A DNA stretch of 64,000 bases from an uncultured Candidatus Saccharibacteria bacterium (GTDB lineage Bacteria > Patescibacteriota > Minisyncoccia > Phycocordibacterales > UBA6065): contig CAYJCZ010000003.1 in assembly GCA_964368835.1 (NCBI GenBank), positions 153 to 64,152 of the forward strand, in the 5' to 3' direction. The notes beneath the pieces were generated by a model. It was not told the DNA's origin. It saw only the letters and a list, made by a program, of their open reading frames with translations, and did not search any database. The translations under genes and the position numbers were made by a program. Positions 8,687 to 18,247 of the stretch are shown in pieces (position 1 is the first letter of the stretch; every line of letters begins with the position of its first letter).

Positions 8687-9124
8687 TTATTTATTTAAGT
8701 ATGTAATGGTAAGTTGGAGCACCGTAGCAAATGACACCCACAGTAAATACGGAATCTGAATATATGTAATCCACTTCATATGTGGGTAAATTGCTATCAT
8801 TGCCCAAATCAAAGTACCCAAGACAAGTAAAATATCTGCAGCTGCAAGAAGATTATTCTTAAGCCCAAACTGTAGAGGCGTGAAAGCAAAGTTGAATGCC
8901 AAATTCAAAATAAAAGGCAAAGCAACCACAAAAGGAATCTGCTTTTGAAAAAGCATAATAAACACCTTACCAAAGGAAATAGTGATAAGAATATAAAGAA
9001 AAGTCCAAACCGGTCCAAAAATCCACGATGGTGGTGACCACGTCGGCCTAATCAATTGTGAATACCAATTGTATGCGTTCGTCATTACCTCAGTGTAGCA
9101 CTTTTGGGCTACCTTTTCTGCCAT
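8687..9124 (-). CDS. tspO: TspO/MBR family (tryptophan-rich sensory protein)
   Basis: PSWIFGPVWTFLYILI..., five TM segments, Trp/Pro-rich N-terminus typical of TspO. Confidence 0.65.
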   Translation of the reverse strand: MAEKVAQKCYTEVMTNAYNWYSQLIRPTWSPPSWIFGPVWTFLYILITISFGKVFIMLFQKQIPFVVALPFILNLAFNFAFTPLQFGLKNNLLAAADILLVLGTLIWAMIAIYPHMKWITYIQIPYLLWVSFATVLQLTITYLNK

Positions 9125-10404
9125 TCCTCTTCTTGCCTCACAAGAAGGTCACCAGCCTTGAATTTATCCTCCAAAAGCTCTTTTACGATGCGCTCCATAC
9201 GCATTGATTGTGATCCCTTTACGAGCACCACATCACCCGCCCTAACTATATCTACCATTGCCTTTGCCGCCTCCGTGGATGTATCAAATGAGATTATTCG
9301 ATCAGCAGGAAGTCCAGCTTCTTGTGCACCTGCTGCAATATATCGAGCCATTTCACCAACCGTGATAAGCATGTGAATAGAGGCCCCGGCAAAAAGACCA
9401 ACCTCGCGATGCGCGACCTCTGATCTATCTCCAAGCTCCTTCATATCAGCAAGTACTGCTATCTTTCGGCCTCGAATTGAAAGTTCTGAAAGTGCCTTGA
9501 GTGCCTCCATAGCCGCAATCGGAGACGAGTTATACGTGTCATCAATTATTCCTGAGCTTGAAATACCCTTAAGTATTCTCATACGTCCCTTTGGCGGATT
9601 AAAGTTAGTGAAGGCTTTGTCGATATTTTCAGTTAGACCAAGCACCAAACCCACAGCACATGCAGCTGCAATTGGATATACAAGATGACTGCCGAGCATT
9701 CCGTAAATTTCAATATTCTTTTCTGTATCACCCATCTTAAGCACTGCCCTCTGCCCTTTTGGTAATGGGAGCGTTGTGCCTATATACGAAACCGTTGTGT
9801 CGTGAATTTCTACTTCAGAACCAGGTTTTGTTCCATAAAATACTTTCTTTGCATCAAAATCTTTAACCGCATTACTAAAATGAGGATCGTCGCTGTTTAC
9901 AACAAGCGTTCCACCTGGCTTTAAAGCGCGAGCCAGAAACATCTTTTCCATCAACACTTCTGAGGCATCCTTAAAATATTCAACGTGAACTGGCGTGTCT
10001 GACATTCGAGTCAAAACAACAATGTCTGGATGAAGCCACTTCGATACTTTTTCGATATCTCCTGGATGATCTGCGCCAACTTCGAGCACAAGGTATTTTG
10101 GAAAATTTTTCGCAAAGAGTGCTCGCCAGAAACCAGCGGAAATATTTTCTACCCATCCTCCAAACGAAGACCATGCATTATCAAGCCCCAAAATTGCCAA
10201 AGGAAGTCCGATTTCACTATTCATACTCTTCTCGCTTTTACGAGTTTGGAGAGATTGAGAAACAAGAGCGTAAACAGCATCTTTTGTTGAAGTCTTTCCT
10301 ACATTTCCTGTTACAGCGATTACTTGTGGCTTATGTCTCCAAAGCGCCAGGCGTGCAGCCCAAGTTAGTTTTGTTACAACGATTGATTTAAGTATTGATT
10401 TCAT
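9109..10404 (-). CDS. murF: UDP-N-acetylmuramoyl-tripeptide--D-alanyl-D-alanine ligase
   Basis: Mur ligase P-loop VIAVTGNVGKTSTK and C-terminal IDDTYNSSP (MurF DDSYNANP-like). dcw cluster context. Confidence 0.85.
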   Translation of the reverse strand: MKSILKSIVVTKLTWAARLALWRHKPQVIAVTGNVGKTSTKDAVYALVSQSLQTRKSEKSMNSEIGLPLAILGLDNAWSSFGGWVENISAGFWRALFAKNFPKYLVLEVGADHPGDIEKVSKWLHPDIVVLTRMSDTPVHVEYFKDASEVLMEKMFLARALKPGGTLVVNSDDPHFSNAVKDFDAKKVFYGTKPGSEVEIHDTTVSYIGTTLPLPKGQRAVLKMGDTEKNIEIYGMLGSHLVYPIAAACAVGLVLGLTENIDKAFTNFNPPKGRMRILKGISSSGIIDDTYNSSPIAAMEALKALSELSIRGRKIAVLADMKELGDRSEVAHREVGLFAGASIHMLITVGEMARYIAAGAQEAGLPADRIISFDTSTEAAKAMVDIVRAGDVVLVKGSQSMRMERIVKELLEDKFKAGDLLVRQEEEWQKR

Positions 10405-10407
10405 AGG

Positions 10408-12126
10408 TTATCTGTCAGGCGGTACTTCGTAATAATTGATCAAAAACTTCACAAGGTCAATAAAGGGCATGGTTAGGGTGTGCGATGCGTACTCTGCCCC
10501 CTTTGGATAAACAGTAAATAGGAAAACTATAAATCGAGGCTTGTACGCTGGGAAATAACCGAAAAAAGAGTGCAAATATCTATCATCATAGTATCCTCCA
10601 CCTCCCTCTTTAGCCATTTGCGCAGTTCCCGTTTTTGCAGCGATTGAATAGTGCGGCATTTTAACAGATCCCTTCAAGAGCGCTTCATCTACCACCTTTA
10701 CGAGCATGCGTGTTATGGCTTCTGATGTTTCAGGCTTAAAGACTTGCTCGTGCTCATCATATGTAATTTCTTTTGAATCACCATTGGCGTAATCAATTTT
10801 TTTAACGATATGCGGATTTGGTAGAAAACCACCGTTACCCAAAGCAGAAAGAGCACGGACCATTTCAATTGGAGTGAGTGCAATTCCCTGACCGAATGAT
10901 GCCGTAACATGTTCAAGATCACGAGGACTCTTGAGATTCGTAACCAATCCATGTACTTCGCCTGGTAAATCAATTCCGGTTTCCTCACCAAATCCAAGCG
11001 ACATGAAGTATTCTGTGAGTGCTTCATTACCAAGTTTTTGAGTCACAAAGGCCATTCCCGTGTTGAGTGAATCATTAAGCACCGTCTGCATGCTCACATC
11101 TCCTCGACCACGACCGTCAAAGTTGGAAACCTTTGCTCCGTTTACAATTACGTAGCCAAGATCGTTGTAGCGAGTTGTAGGAGAAACAACACCAGCGTCT
11201 ATTCCCGATGCCATTGTAAGAGGCTTCACAATAGAACCCATTTCGTACACTCGATCGACAAGAGCGTTTCCAAATATATTCGCATCTTTAACCTTAGAGA
11301 AATCGTTAGGATCGAATGTTGGATTAAGCGCCATGGCGTAGATTTCACCGGTTGATGGATCCATTACAATTCCACCAGTTAGGTCTGATTTCCAAGAAGT
11401 AACGACTGAATCAAGTTTTTTCTCAAGCTCAGCCTGCACTGATGGCTCAATAGTCGTAATAATATTACCTTCACTTTTTTCATCCGAGAAAAGAGCATCG
11501 CTTAGTCCCGAAAAGATTTGAGCAAAAAAGTTTACGTACAACTCAGACGACTCACGTGAAAGCACGTCATTGTAGTATCTCTCAAGTCCATAACGACCAC
11601 TTACTGTCTTTCCGTCCTCGGTAAAGCCCGTAAAGCCGAGTACGTTTGCGCCCGACTTACCGCTTGGATAATATCTCCAACGCTCCTTAAACTCGCTCAC
11701 GCCCTTTAGACCAAGCTCACCAATTCTCTCAGCCGTCTTCTCATCAATTCTTTGACCTATTTCCTCATAAGAATCATTCTTGTTTTCAACTGTCTCTAAA
11801 AGAGTTTCTTCATCAAACGGGAAAAGACCAGAAAGTGCATTAATGACATCTTCTGGGTATAGAACTTTCTTTGGCTCAACTGCGATTGTGTATCCCGTCT
11901 TAAGCGTTGCTGCAGATACTGGCGTGCCATCCTTGAGGCTCCATGAGATAGACCCTCTGTCATACAGTGCATTTCCGGTTTTTACATACTGCCTGTCAGC
12001 TTGATTTAAATACGCTTCGTTTTTGATTCCTTGAATATAGTAAAGTCTGCCCACCAAAAGCATTGCAAATGAGCAGATTAAAATTCCTAACAATGTTACC
12101 CGTCCAGCACGTAGAACGTTCATCAA
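10408..12126 (-). CDS. ftsI: Penicillin-binding protein / peptidoglycan transpeptidase (FtsI/PBP3-like)
   Basis: N-terminal TM helix, SxxK (GSIVKP), a candidate SxN, and KTGTA. Sits between ftsL-like and murF. Confidence 0.8.
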   Translation of the reverse strand: MMNVLRAGRVTLLGILICSFAMLLVGRLYYIQGIKNEAYLNQADRQYVKTGNALYDRGSISWSLKDGTPVSAATLKTGYTIAVEPKKVLYPEDVINALSGLFPFDEETLLETVENKNDSYEEIGQRIDEKTAERIGELGLKGVSEFKERWRYYPSGKSGANVLGFTGFTEDGKTVSGRYGLERYYNDVLSRESSELYVNFFAQIFSGLSDALFSDEKSEGNIITTIEPSVQAELEKKLDSVVTSWKSDLTGGIVMDPSTGEIYAMALNPTFDPNDFSKVKDANIFGNALVDRVYEMGSIVKPLTMASGIDAGVVSPTTRYNDLGYVIVNGAKVSNFDGRGRGDVSMQTVLNDSLNTGMAFVTQKLGNEALTEYFMSLGFGEETGIDLPGEVHGLVTNLKSPRDLEHVTASFGQGIALTPIEMVRALSALGNGGFLPNPHIVKKIDYANGDSKEITYDEHEQVFKPETSEAITRMLVKVVDEALLKGSVKMPHYSIAAKTGTAQMAKEGGGGYYDDRYLHSFFGYFPAYKPRFIVFLFTVYPKGAEYASHTLTMPFIDLVKFLINYYEVPPDR

Positions 12127-12149
12127 AGCGCACGCATTATATCGTAACC

Positions 12150-12470
12150 CTATCGATTAAACGAAATTGATGAGTCTGTCTTCTTTGCTACGTAGATCGT
12201 AGAAGATTCTCCTGACACAAAGCCTTGATCCTGTGCATACGCGAGATCAACACCGCTTTTTGCAGTAAGATATTCTGCCTCAAGATTACCAATAGACGAG
12301 GTAAGAGTAGAGATTCTTGACCTTAAGTCCTTTGCTTCAACAATATTCTGGATCGTGCCATTTACGAAATAGGCATAGACGCATGCAAGCATCACGATCA
12401 AAGAGATCAGTGTCCATGCGACGACTGGATTCTCCATCTTTTCTACTTTTTCTCTTACATACTGCGTCAT
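12150..12470 (-). CDS. ftsL: FtsL-like cell division protein
   Basis: 106 aa with a single TM helix plus a coiled-coil. Sits between rsmH and ftsI. Confidence 0.5.
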   Translation of the reverse strand: MTQYVREKVEKMENPVVAWTLISLIVMLACVYAYFVNGTIQNIVEAKDLRSRISTLTSSIGNLEAEYLTAKSGVDLAYAQDQGFVSGESSTIYVAKKTDSSISFNR

Positions 12471-12488
12471 ACCTTTTTTGTTAATGTA

Positions 12489-13376
12489 TTAATTTTTTAT
12501 GAAAACTCTCAACTTTGCGCTTCGTGATCGAGGATTTCTTGTTCTTTCCTCTTCACTTGGCTCTACCGGCTTTTTTGTAAATGATTTGCCGAGGCCATCT
12601 TTTTCCCATTCCTTCATTGCGATTTTGACGATGCGGTCTTCGAGGCTATGGAACGAAATGACAGCAATTCTTCCTTCTGGCTTCAAAGTATCGAATGCTC
12701 GTACCAATCCCCTGCGAAGACTTCCCAACTCATCGTTAACCGCAATTCTTAAGGCCTGGAAAGTTCGTGTTGCTGGATGTATCTTTCCCCTCTTATACAT
12801 TCCAGGAACCGCGCTTTCGATGACTCGCACAAGATCAAACGTTGTTTCTATCAAGGAATTCTCCCGTTCCTCAACGATCCTTCGAGCAATTCTTCGTGCG
12901 TATCGTTCTTCACCGTAGGCGTAGATGACATTTGCAATGTCTTCTTCTGCCCAGTTATTTACGATATCTCGAGCTGTAAAAACTTCTTCTCCTGGATTTT
13001 TTTCCATCGTCATCACAAGAGGTTCATTGCTTCGAAATGAAAATCCTCTGCCTGACGAATCAAGATGTGGAGAAGAAACTCCTAGATCCAAAATGATTTT
13101 ATTTGCACCATCCCTGCCTGCTTCTTTAAGAAAAGTTTCTATACCGTCGAAATTTCCTTTGAAGAGCTGAAAGTTTGCTTTTACTGCCTCAAGTTTTACT
13201 CGAGACTCCGTAAGCGCATCTTCATCTCTATCGATACCCACAACGAATAATGTTGGTACTCGTTTTATCGCCTCAAGGCTGTGCCCTGCGCGACCGAGCG
13301 TGCCATCCACAAGAACATCTCCGGAACGTAGTTCCAAGGCGTCGAGCGATTCGTGTAGTAGTACAGACTGATGCAT
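12489..13376 (-). CDS. rsmH: 16S rRNA (cytosine1402-N4)-methyltransferase
   Basis: MHQSVLLHESLDAL...VDGTLGRAGHS is the canonical MraW N-terminus. Confidence 0.9.
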   Translation of the reverse strand: MHQSVLLHESLDALELRSGDVLVDGTLGRAGHSLEAIKRVPTLFVVGIDRDEDALTESRVKLEAVKANFQLFKGNFDGIETFLKEAGRDGANKIILDLGVSSPHLDSSGRGFSFRSNEPLVMTMEKNPGEEVFTARDIVNNWAEEDIANVIYAYGEERYARRIARRIVEERENSLIETTFDLVRVIESAVPGMYKRGKIHPATRTFQALRIAVNDELGSLRRGLVRAFDTLKPEGRIAVISFHSLEDRIVKIAMKEWEKDGLGKSFTKKPVEPSEEERTRNPRSRSAKLRVFIKN

Positions 13377-13379
13377 AAG

Positions 13380-13814
13380 CTAGATTACTCCTACCTGACC
13401 TAGCTTCTCGGCCAAAGCACCCGCTTTGCCTTCAACTCCCTTCTTGTACTCGCCCCAAGCTTTTTCGTTCCATATTTCGACGCGTGATTGAACGCCGACT
13501 ACAGAAACTTTGCCTTTGAGATTTGCCCACTCCTGGAGGAAATCTGGGACAAGTATTCGACCGATCGAATCTATATCAGCTTCGACCGCTCCACCGAACA
13601 TGAATCGTGAAAATGAACGATTGTCGGCCTGACCAAGACTTGCTTCAGAAAGCTTTAGAGAGATCCTGTCCCATTCTTTAGGCGTAAACACGAATAGACA
13701 GCGGTCGAGTCCTGGGGTGACCACCACCTTTTTCCCCATCTTCTCTCGGAATCTGACCGGGAGCGAGATGCGGTTCTTTTCATCAATTGAGTGGGTATAT
13801 TCGCCTATAAGCAT
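13380..13814 (-). CDS. mraZ: Transcriptional regulator MraZ
   Basis: 144 aa, tandem MraZ repeats (DEKNRISLP...ILVPDFL). Confidence 0.9.
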   Translation of the reverse strand: MLIGEYTHSIDEKNRISLPVRFREKMGKKVVVTPGLDRCLFVFTPKEWDRISLKLSEASLGQADNRSFSRFMFGGAVEADIDSIGRILVPDFLQEWANLKGKVSVVGVQSRVEIWNEKAWGEYKKGVEGKAGALAEKLGQVGVI

Positions 13815-14023
13815 GATCTCGCATCTTGTTTCTTTGAGACTCCCTTCTAAAAAAGTTCAAAGAAAACGTTATCTCTTCACCAACACTTTCTTTCGCAGTC
13901 CGACATGTTTCACTTGCGTGACTTTCACCTCAAACGTTCCAAAAGAAGTGATTACCTTTGAAACTTTTTGAACGATTTTCATTCGCATGCGTTCGTGGGC
14001 GTTTATTGTGAAAAATCTAATCT

Positions 14024-14101
14024 TCCACTTTTTCCCACTTGTCATATATTTTATAACACTTCATCCCACTTTGATACACGGTTATCCACTTTTTATTTCT
14101 C
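14024..14101 (-). promoter_or_regulatory. Candidate MraZ operator: array of AAGTGG(G/A) direct repeats at about 10-bp phasing upstream of mraZ
   Basis: On the minus strand the repeats are AAAGTGGA, AAAGTGGG, GAAGTGTT, CAAGTGGG, AAAGTGGA, with spacings of 20, 10, 21 and 10 nt. An AT-rich -10-like TATAAAAT is embedded. Confidence 0.45.
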
Positions 14102-14157
14102 GAACACATTAAAAAAATCCGTCAAAAGCACTCTGTTGTGATGGCTCTATAGGGGCA

Positions 14158-14185
14158 CAAAAAAGCCGCTCCTTACGGAGCGGCT
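14158..14185 (-). terminator. Intrinsic terminator downstream of lysS
   Basis: AGCCGCTCC-ttac-GGAGCGGCT flanked by an A-run and a T-run. Confidence 0.65.
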
Positions 14186-14190
14186 TTTGA

Positions 14191-15699
14191 TTATTTTTTC
14201 TTTTTTGAATCCTTTGTTTTCTCTTCTTTCTTTGTCTCAATTCCCTTTGGCCTCATGAGTGGAAATATCTGTGCTTCTCGTGCAGGCTTATCAATAAGGA
14301 AACTGAAAAGTCTTTCAGAAAATCCGAATCCGCAGGTTGGTGGCATACCGTGCTCAAGAGCCTCAACAAAGTCAGTATCGTTCATCTGAGCTTCCTCGTC
14401 ACCTGCCTCACGAAGCTTTGCTTGATCTGCAAATCTGCCCGCTTGGTCGATAGGATCATTAAGCTCACTGAAGCCCTTGCCCATTTCTGAACCTGCTAGG
14501 AGCACTTGGAATCTTTCTACGAGATCGCTATCCTTTCGATTTCTTTTCGCGAGAGGTTCAAGAAATACTGGAACATTGATAAGAAAACCTGGTCCGCTGA
14601 TCTTCTTGCGACAATACTTCCAAAGCATATCTATTGCTCGTGTGAGATTGAGACCTTTCGAATCATACTCAACTTTAAGCTCTCGAAGCTTTGCTTCAAT
14701 ATCTTTAAGTGTTGCTGACTTAATATCTACACCAGTTTCCTTCTTGATGGTGTCTGTGAAGTCATACATAATCCACTCCTTATCCAAATCCACATCAAAA
14801 CCACGAATTTTAAATTGTAGAGTACCGAACGTATTCATAGCCACATGCTTGTAGAGCTTCTCAACAAGCTTCATTCCATCAAAATAGTCTGCGTACGCCC
14901 AATAGAATTCCATCTGAGTATAATCCTGGAGATGCTCAATACTCATTCCTTCGTTTCGGAAAATCCTACCGATCTCAAATACTTTCTGAAAACCAGCTAC
15001 CATGAGTCGCTTGAGCCAAAGCTCAGGTGAGATACGAAGATATACATCAAGATCGAGCGCATTGTGATGTGTCACGAAAGGTCGAGCGTCTGCCCCACCC
15101 GCAACATTTTCAAGCACCGGAGTCTCAACTTCCATAAATCCTTCTTCTATCAAAAAATTTCGTGTCGACTGCCAAAACAGAGATCGCTTCAAAACAATGT
15201 CTTTTACTTCAGGATTCGTGAGAATATCAAGATATCTTTTTCGAAGTCTGATTTCTTCGTCTTCTAGGCCGTGCCATTTTTCAGGAAGCGGCAAAAGAGA
15301 TTTCGACGCCATCACCCATCCTGTAACCAAAATACTCTCCTCACCCTTTTGAGTAGTAAAGAAAGTTCCGGTAACGCTTATGAAGTCTCCAATATCAGCT
15401 GTATCTGTAAAAAGTTTAAAGAGTTTTTCATCGAGTGTATCTTTCTTAAAGACGGACTGAAGTTTCGCCTTACCGTCATCGAGCACAACAAAAAGAATCG
15501 CGCCTTGTCCGCGAATTGCCGTGATACGTCCAGCAAGTGAAAGCACCTTATTATCCTTTGAGAACGCAGCAAAGCTTGCTCGTGCGTCCTTAAGACACAT
15601 ATCACGAGGTACTTTTGCTGGATAGGGATCCATACCAGCTTTCTTCAAAAGCTCGAGCTTTTCTAACCGTGCTTTCTTTATTTCTTCTAGTGATGCCAT
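14191..15699 (-). CDS. lysS: Lysyl-tRNA synthetase, class II
   Basis: 502 aa with an OB anticodon-binding N-domain and class II motifs. The C-terminus ends in a Lys-rich tail, KKEEKTKDSKKKK. Confidence 0.9.
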   Translation of the reverse strand: MASLEEIKKARLEKLELLKKAGMDPYPAKVPRDMCLKDARASFAAFSKDNKVLSLAGRITAIRGQGAILFVVLDDGKAKLQSVFKKDTLDEKLFKLFTDTADIGDFISVTGTFFTTQKGEESILVTGWVMASKSLLPLPEKWHGLEDEEIRLRKRYLDILTNPEVKDIVLKRSLFWQSTRNFLIEEGFMEVETPVLENVAGGADARPFVTHHNALDLDVYLRISPELWLKRLMVAGFQKVFEIGRIFRNEGMSIEHLQDYTQMEFYWAYADYFDGMKLVEKLYKHVAMNTFGTLQFKIRGFDVDLDKEWIMYDFTDTIKKETGVDIKSATLKDIEAKLRELKVEYDSKGLNLTRAIDMLWKYCRKKISGPGFLINVPVFLEPLAKRNRKDSDLVERFQVLLAGSEMGKGFSELNDPIDQAGRFADQAKLREAGDEEAQMNDTDFVEALEHGMPPTCGFGFSERLFSFLIDKPAREAQIFPLMRPKGIETKKEEKTKDSKKKK

Positions 15700-15711
15700 G
15701 CGTGGCAGAGA

Positions 15712-16179
15712 TTATTCAACCGCGACTATCTTGTAGGAAATCATTCCCTTTGGAGTCTTTACTGAAACTGACTCACCTTTTCTCTTTCCAATAAGGACAG
15801 AGCCGAGTGGAGACTGGTTTGAAATCTTACCATCAGCAGTATTTACTTCATCAGATCCTACAATTTTGAATTTAACAGCACCTTTTGATCCTGACTTCTC
15901 TACTGATACAACAGAACCCATAGAAACGCTGTCTCCATGCGCCTCCTTAACTATTTCGGCTGTTTTTAGTGTGTTTTCAAGAGTCATAATTCTGTCTTCA
16001 ATGGTAGCCTGAAGCTCACGAGCCTCCTGATACTCTGCGTTCTCCGATAGATCTCCGAGGGATCGTGCGTATTCGAGATTCTGTGCCACCTCCTTTCGCT
16101 TTACAGTCTTTAGGACCTCAAGCTCTTTTTCAAGCTCCTTGTACTTCTCGTTAGTAAGGTATTTTGTTGTATCCATCAT
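15712..16179 (-). CDS. greA: Transcription elongation factor GreA
   Basis: 155 aa with an N-terminal coiled-coil (SENAEYQEARE) and a C-terminal FKBP-like domain. Confidence 0.9.
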   Translation of the reverse strand: MMDTTKYLTNEKYKELEKELEVLKTVKRKEVAQNLEYARSLGDLSENAEYQEARELQATIEDRIMTLENTLKTAEIVKEAHGDSVSMGSVVSVEKSGSKGAVKFKIVGSDEVNTADGKISNQSPLGSVLIGKRKGESVSVKTPKGMISYKIVAVE

Positions 16180-16259
16180 GCGACGTCTGTTTTATACGTT
16201 AATGGAAGGATAATACCATAAAACCCGATCTACCACAATTTAGACGGCCTTATAAAGCA

Positions 16260-17963
16260 TTACGGAGTAACGAAATAATCCTGGGCATTGAGATTCATCC
16301 AATCAAGCATCTCTCTCATCACAGATGTAGCGCCGTAAATATTAGTCCTAGGACCGTGTTCCATCATCACGACAAAGGCGTATCGAGGATTCTCATAAGG
16401 GAAAAAGCCGGTAACCCATGAATTAACAAAAGATTTATATACACCGAGCTCTGCTGTACCAGTTTTCGCAGCCACTTTTACATACGGGACATTCAAACCA
16501 CTCGCAGTACCCGTCTGTGCACCCTGTCGCATAGCTTCACGGATAATTTGTAGATTAGATCCATTCACTGGGATTTGCTCTGAAACAATAGTTTGCGGTG
16601 ATGTAGTCGACACACGCAAAATGGTAGGTGTAAGGTAGCTTCCTCCGTTAGCAATCGACGATACCGCCCGTACCATTTGTAGTGGAGTTACCTGGAAACC
16701 GTATTGTCCAATTGAAGTGAAATATGTGTCTCCTATGCGCCACGGATCACCAGGGAAAACTTTATCTTTCCAAGATGGCGACGGCACTGTGCCAGCAGGG
16801 CTAGCAAAAAATCCGTCTGGCGTAGATTTGCCGAAACCAAACATTGAAAAATATTTATTAAGGCGATCAATACCAAGCCCCTTCTGTCCTTCAAAACCTC
16901 CACCAACTTGATAGAAATAGACGTTCGATGAAACCGCGATTGCCTTTCTCATATCAACTGCTCCGTGCGCTTTCCAATCCATGAACACGGTCTTTTTGGT
17001 TTTGTCGTAAGGATTAGGAACGCTGATTGATCCTGTCGAAACTATTTCCTTTTCTGGATCTATAGTTTTCTCTTCAAGTGCGGCAAGTGCAACATACGGC
17101 TTTACGATAGATCCTGGAGTGTACAGTCCAGAAAGCACTCTATTAAAAAGCGGCTTACGAGCATCTGTTAGATACTTGCCGATTGTCTCTACGTCAGAAC
17201 CGTTAGACATGATGCTGCTTTTATATTCAGGGTAACTTGTGAGTGCTATTACCTCGCCCGTAGTAACATCCATAATGATTCCACCGCCTCCCGAAAATCC
17301 TACTCTCGAGGCAAGGCCTGAAACTGCTTCATGGAGCTTGTTTTGGATAGGTGCATCAACTGACAAATTCAGATTTTCACCATCTTTAGCGGGACGGATG
17401 ACAGATTCAGACTCTATTTTCCCCAAGGCATCAGTCGTTACGATACGCAGGCCGTGAGTACCCTGTAATTCATCATTAAAATATTTTTCCAATCCCGACA
17501 CTCCATCAAAATTCTTTCGATAATAATTTCCTTGCCTGTCTTTTGTTGGATACTTTACATAGCCCAGGATATGACCAAAGCCCGCATCCTCTGTATATAC
17601 CCTACTTGAAAAATCAGGTTCCTCGGGATCAACCGCATTCCACGCAAGCTTTAATCCATTGCGATCAAATATTGCACCTCGCTCTGAGAATATCGTTGTT
17701 TCATCGAGTGTGTTGTTTTCACTCATTGCCGCATACTCAGCGCCGTCCTTGGCCTGCAGAATCCATGCTTTACCCAAAAGAATCACTATAAGAAGACAAA
17801 AGGCGGCCATAAGTGACACTATGGTTGTTACAGAAATAGGCTTCTCTAATCGTCCTTCAAACTGATGAACGTCAAAGCCTGGCATATTTTTTGAATCAAG
17901 AAAGATCTCGTCAGGATCAATCTCATTTCTTACGCAATTTTTTGATCTACGAAAAAGGTTCAC
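16260..17963 (-). CDS. mrdA: Penicillin-binding protein 2 (elongation-specific transpeptidase)
   Basis: N-terminal TM helix, SxxK (GSIVKP), SSN, KTGTA. Immediately downstream of mreBCD. Confidence 0.8.
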   Translation of the reverse strand: MNLFRRSKNCVRNEIDPDEIFLDSKNMPGFDVHQFEGRLEKPISVTTIVSLMAAFCLLIVILLGKAWILQAKDGAEYAAMSENNTLDETTIFSERGAIFDRNGLKLAWNAVDPEEPDFSSRVYTEDAGFGHILGYVKYPTKDRQGNYYRKNFDGVSGLEKYFNDELQGTHGLRIVTTDALGKIESESVIRPAKDGENLNLSVDAPIQNKLHEAVSGLASRVGFSGGGGIIMDVTTGEVIALTSYPEYKSSIMSNGSDVETIGKYLTDARKPLFNRVLSGLYTPGSIVKPYVALAALEEKTIDPEKEIVSTGSISVPNPYDKTKKTVFMDWKAHGAVDMRKAIAVSSNVYFYQVGGGFEGQKGLGIDRLNKYFSMFGFGKSTPDGFFASPAGTVPSPSWKDKVFPGDPWRIGDTYFTSIGQYGFQVTPLQMVRAVSSIANGGSYLTPTILRVSTTSPQTIVSEQIPVNGSNLQIIREAMRQGAQTGTASGLNVPYVKVAAKTGTAELGVYKSFVNSWVTGFFPYENPRYAFVVMMEHGPRTNIYGATSVMREMLDWMNLNAQDYFVTP

Positions 17964-17995
17964 GTACGCATTTTATCACTTAGTAGAAACACCAC

Positions 17996-18247
17996 CTATT
18001 GCCAAGACAGTCTAGTTCTTATGAAAGAGGTAGCCGCAAAAACCGCCACACAATACACTGTCGCCATATAAGCAAAGCCGTGGACACCGAACGTTGACCC
18101 GTACAAGGCATCAACAATGATTCCGTACAAAAGACTTTCGTAGAATCGATCAAGTAAAAAACATGCCGCAATCATAAGAAGCGCCCCGGTCCACCACGGG
18201 CAAAAAAGTATCGAAAGTATGATCGCCAAATGAAACGCGGTGCGCAT
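17996..18247 (-). CDS. Small membrane protein in the MreD position
   Basis: 83 aa, hydrophobic, start overlaps the mreC stop (ATGA). It is shorter than typical MreD. Confidence 0.35.
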   Translation of the reverse strand: MRTAFHLAIILSILFCPWWTGALLMIAACFLLDRFYESLLYGIIVDALYGSTFGVHGFAYMATVYCVAVFAATSFIRTRLSWQ

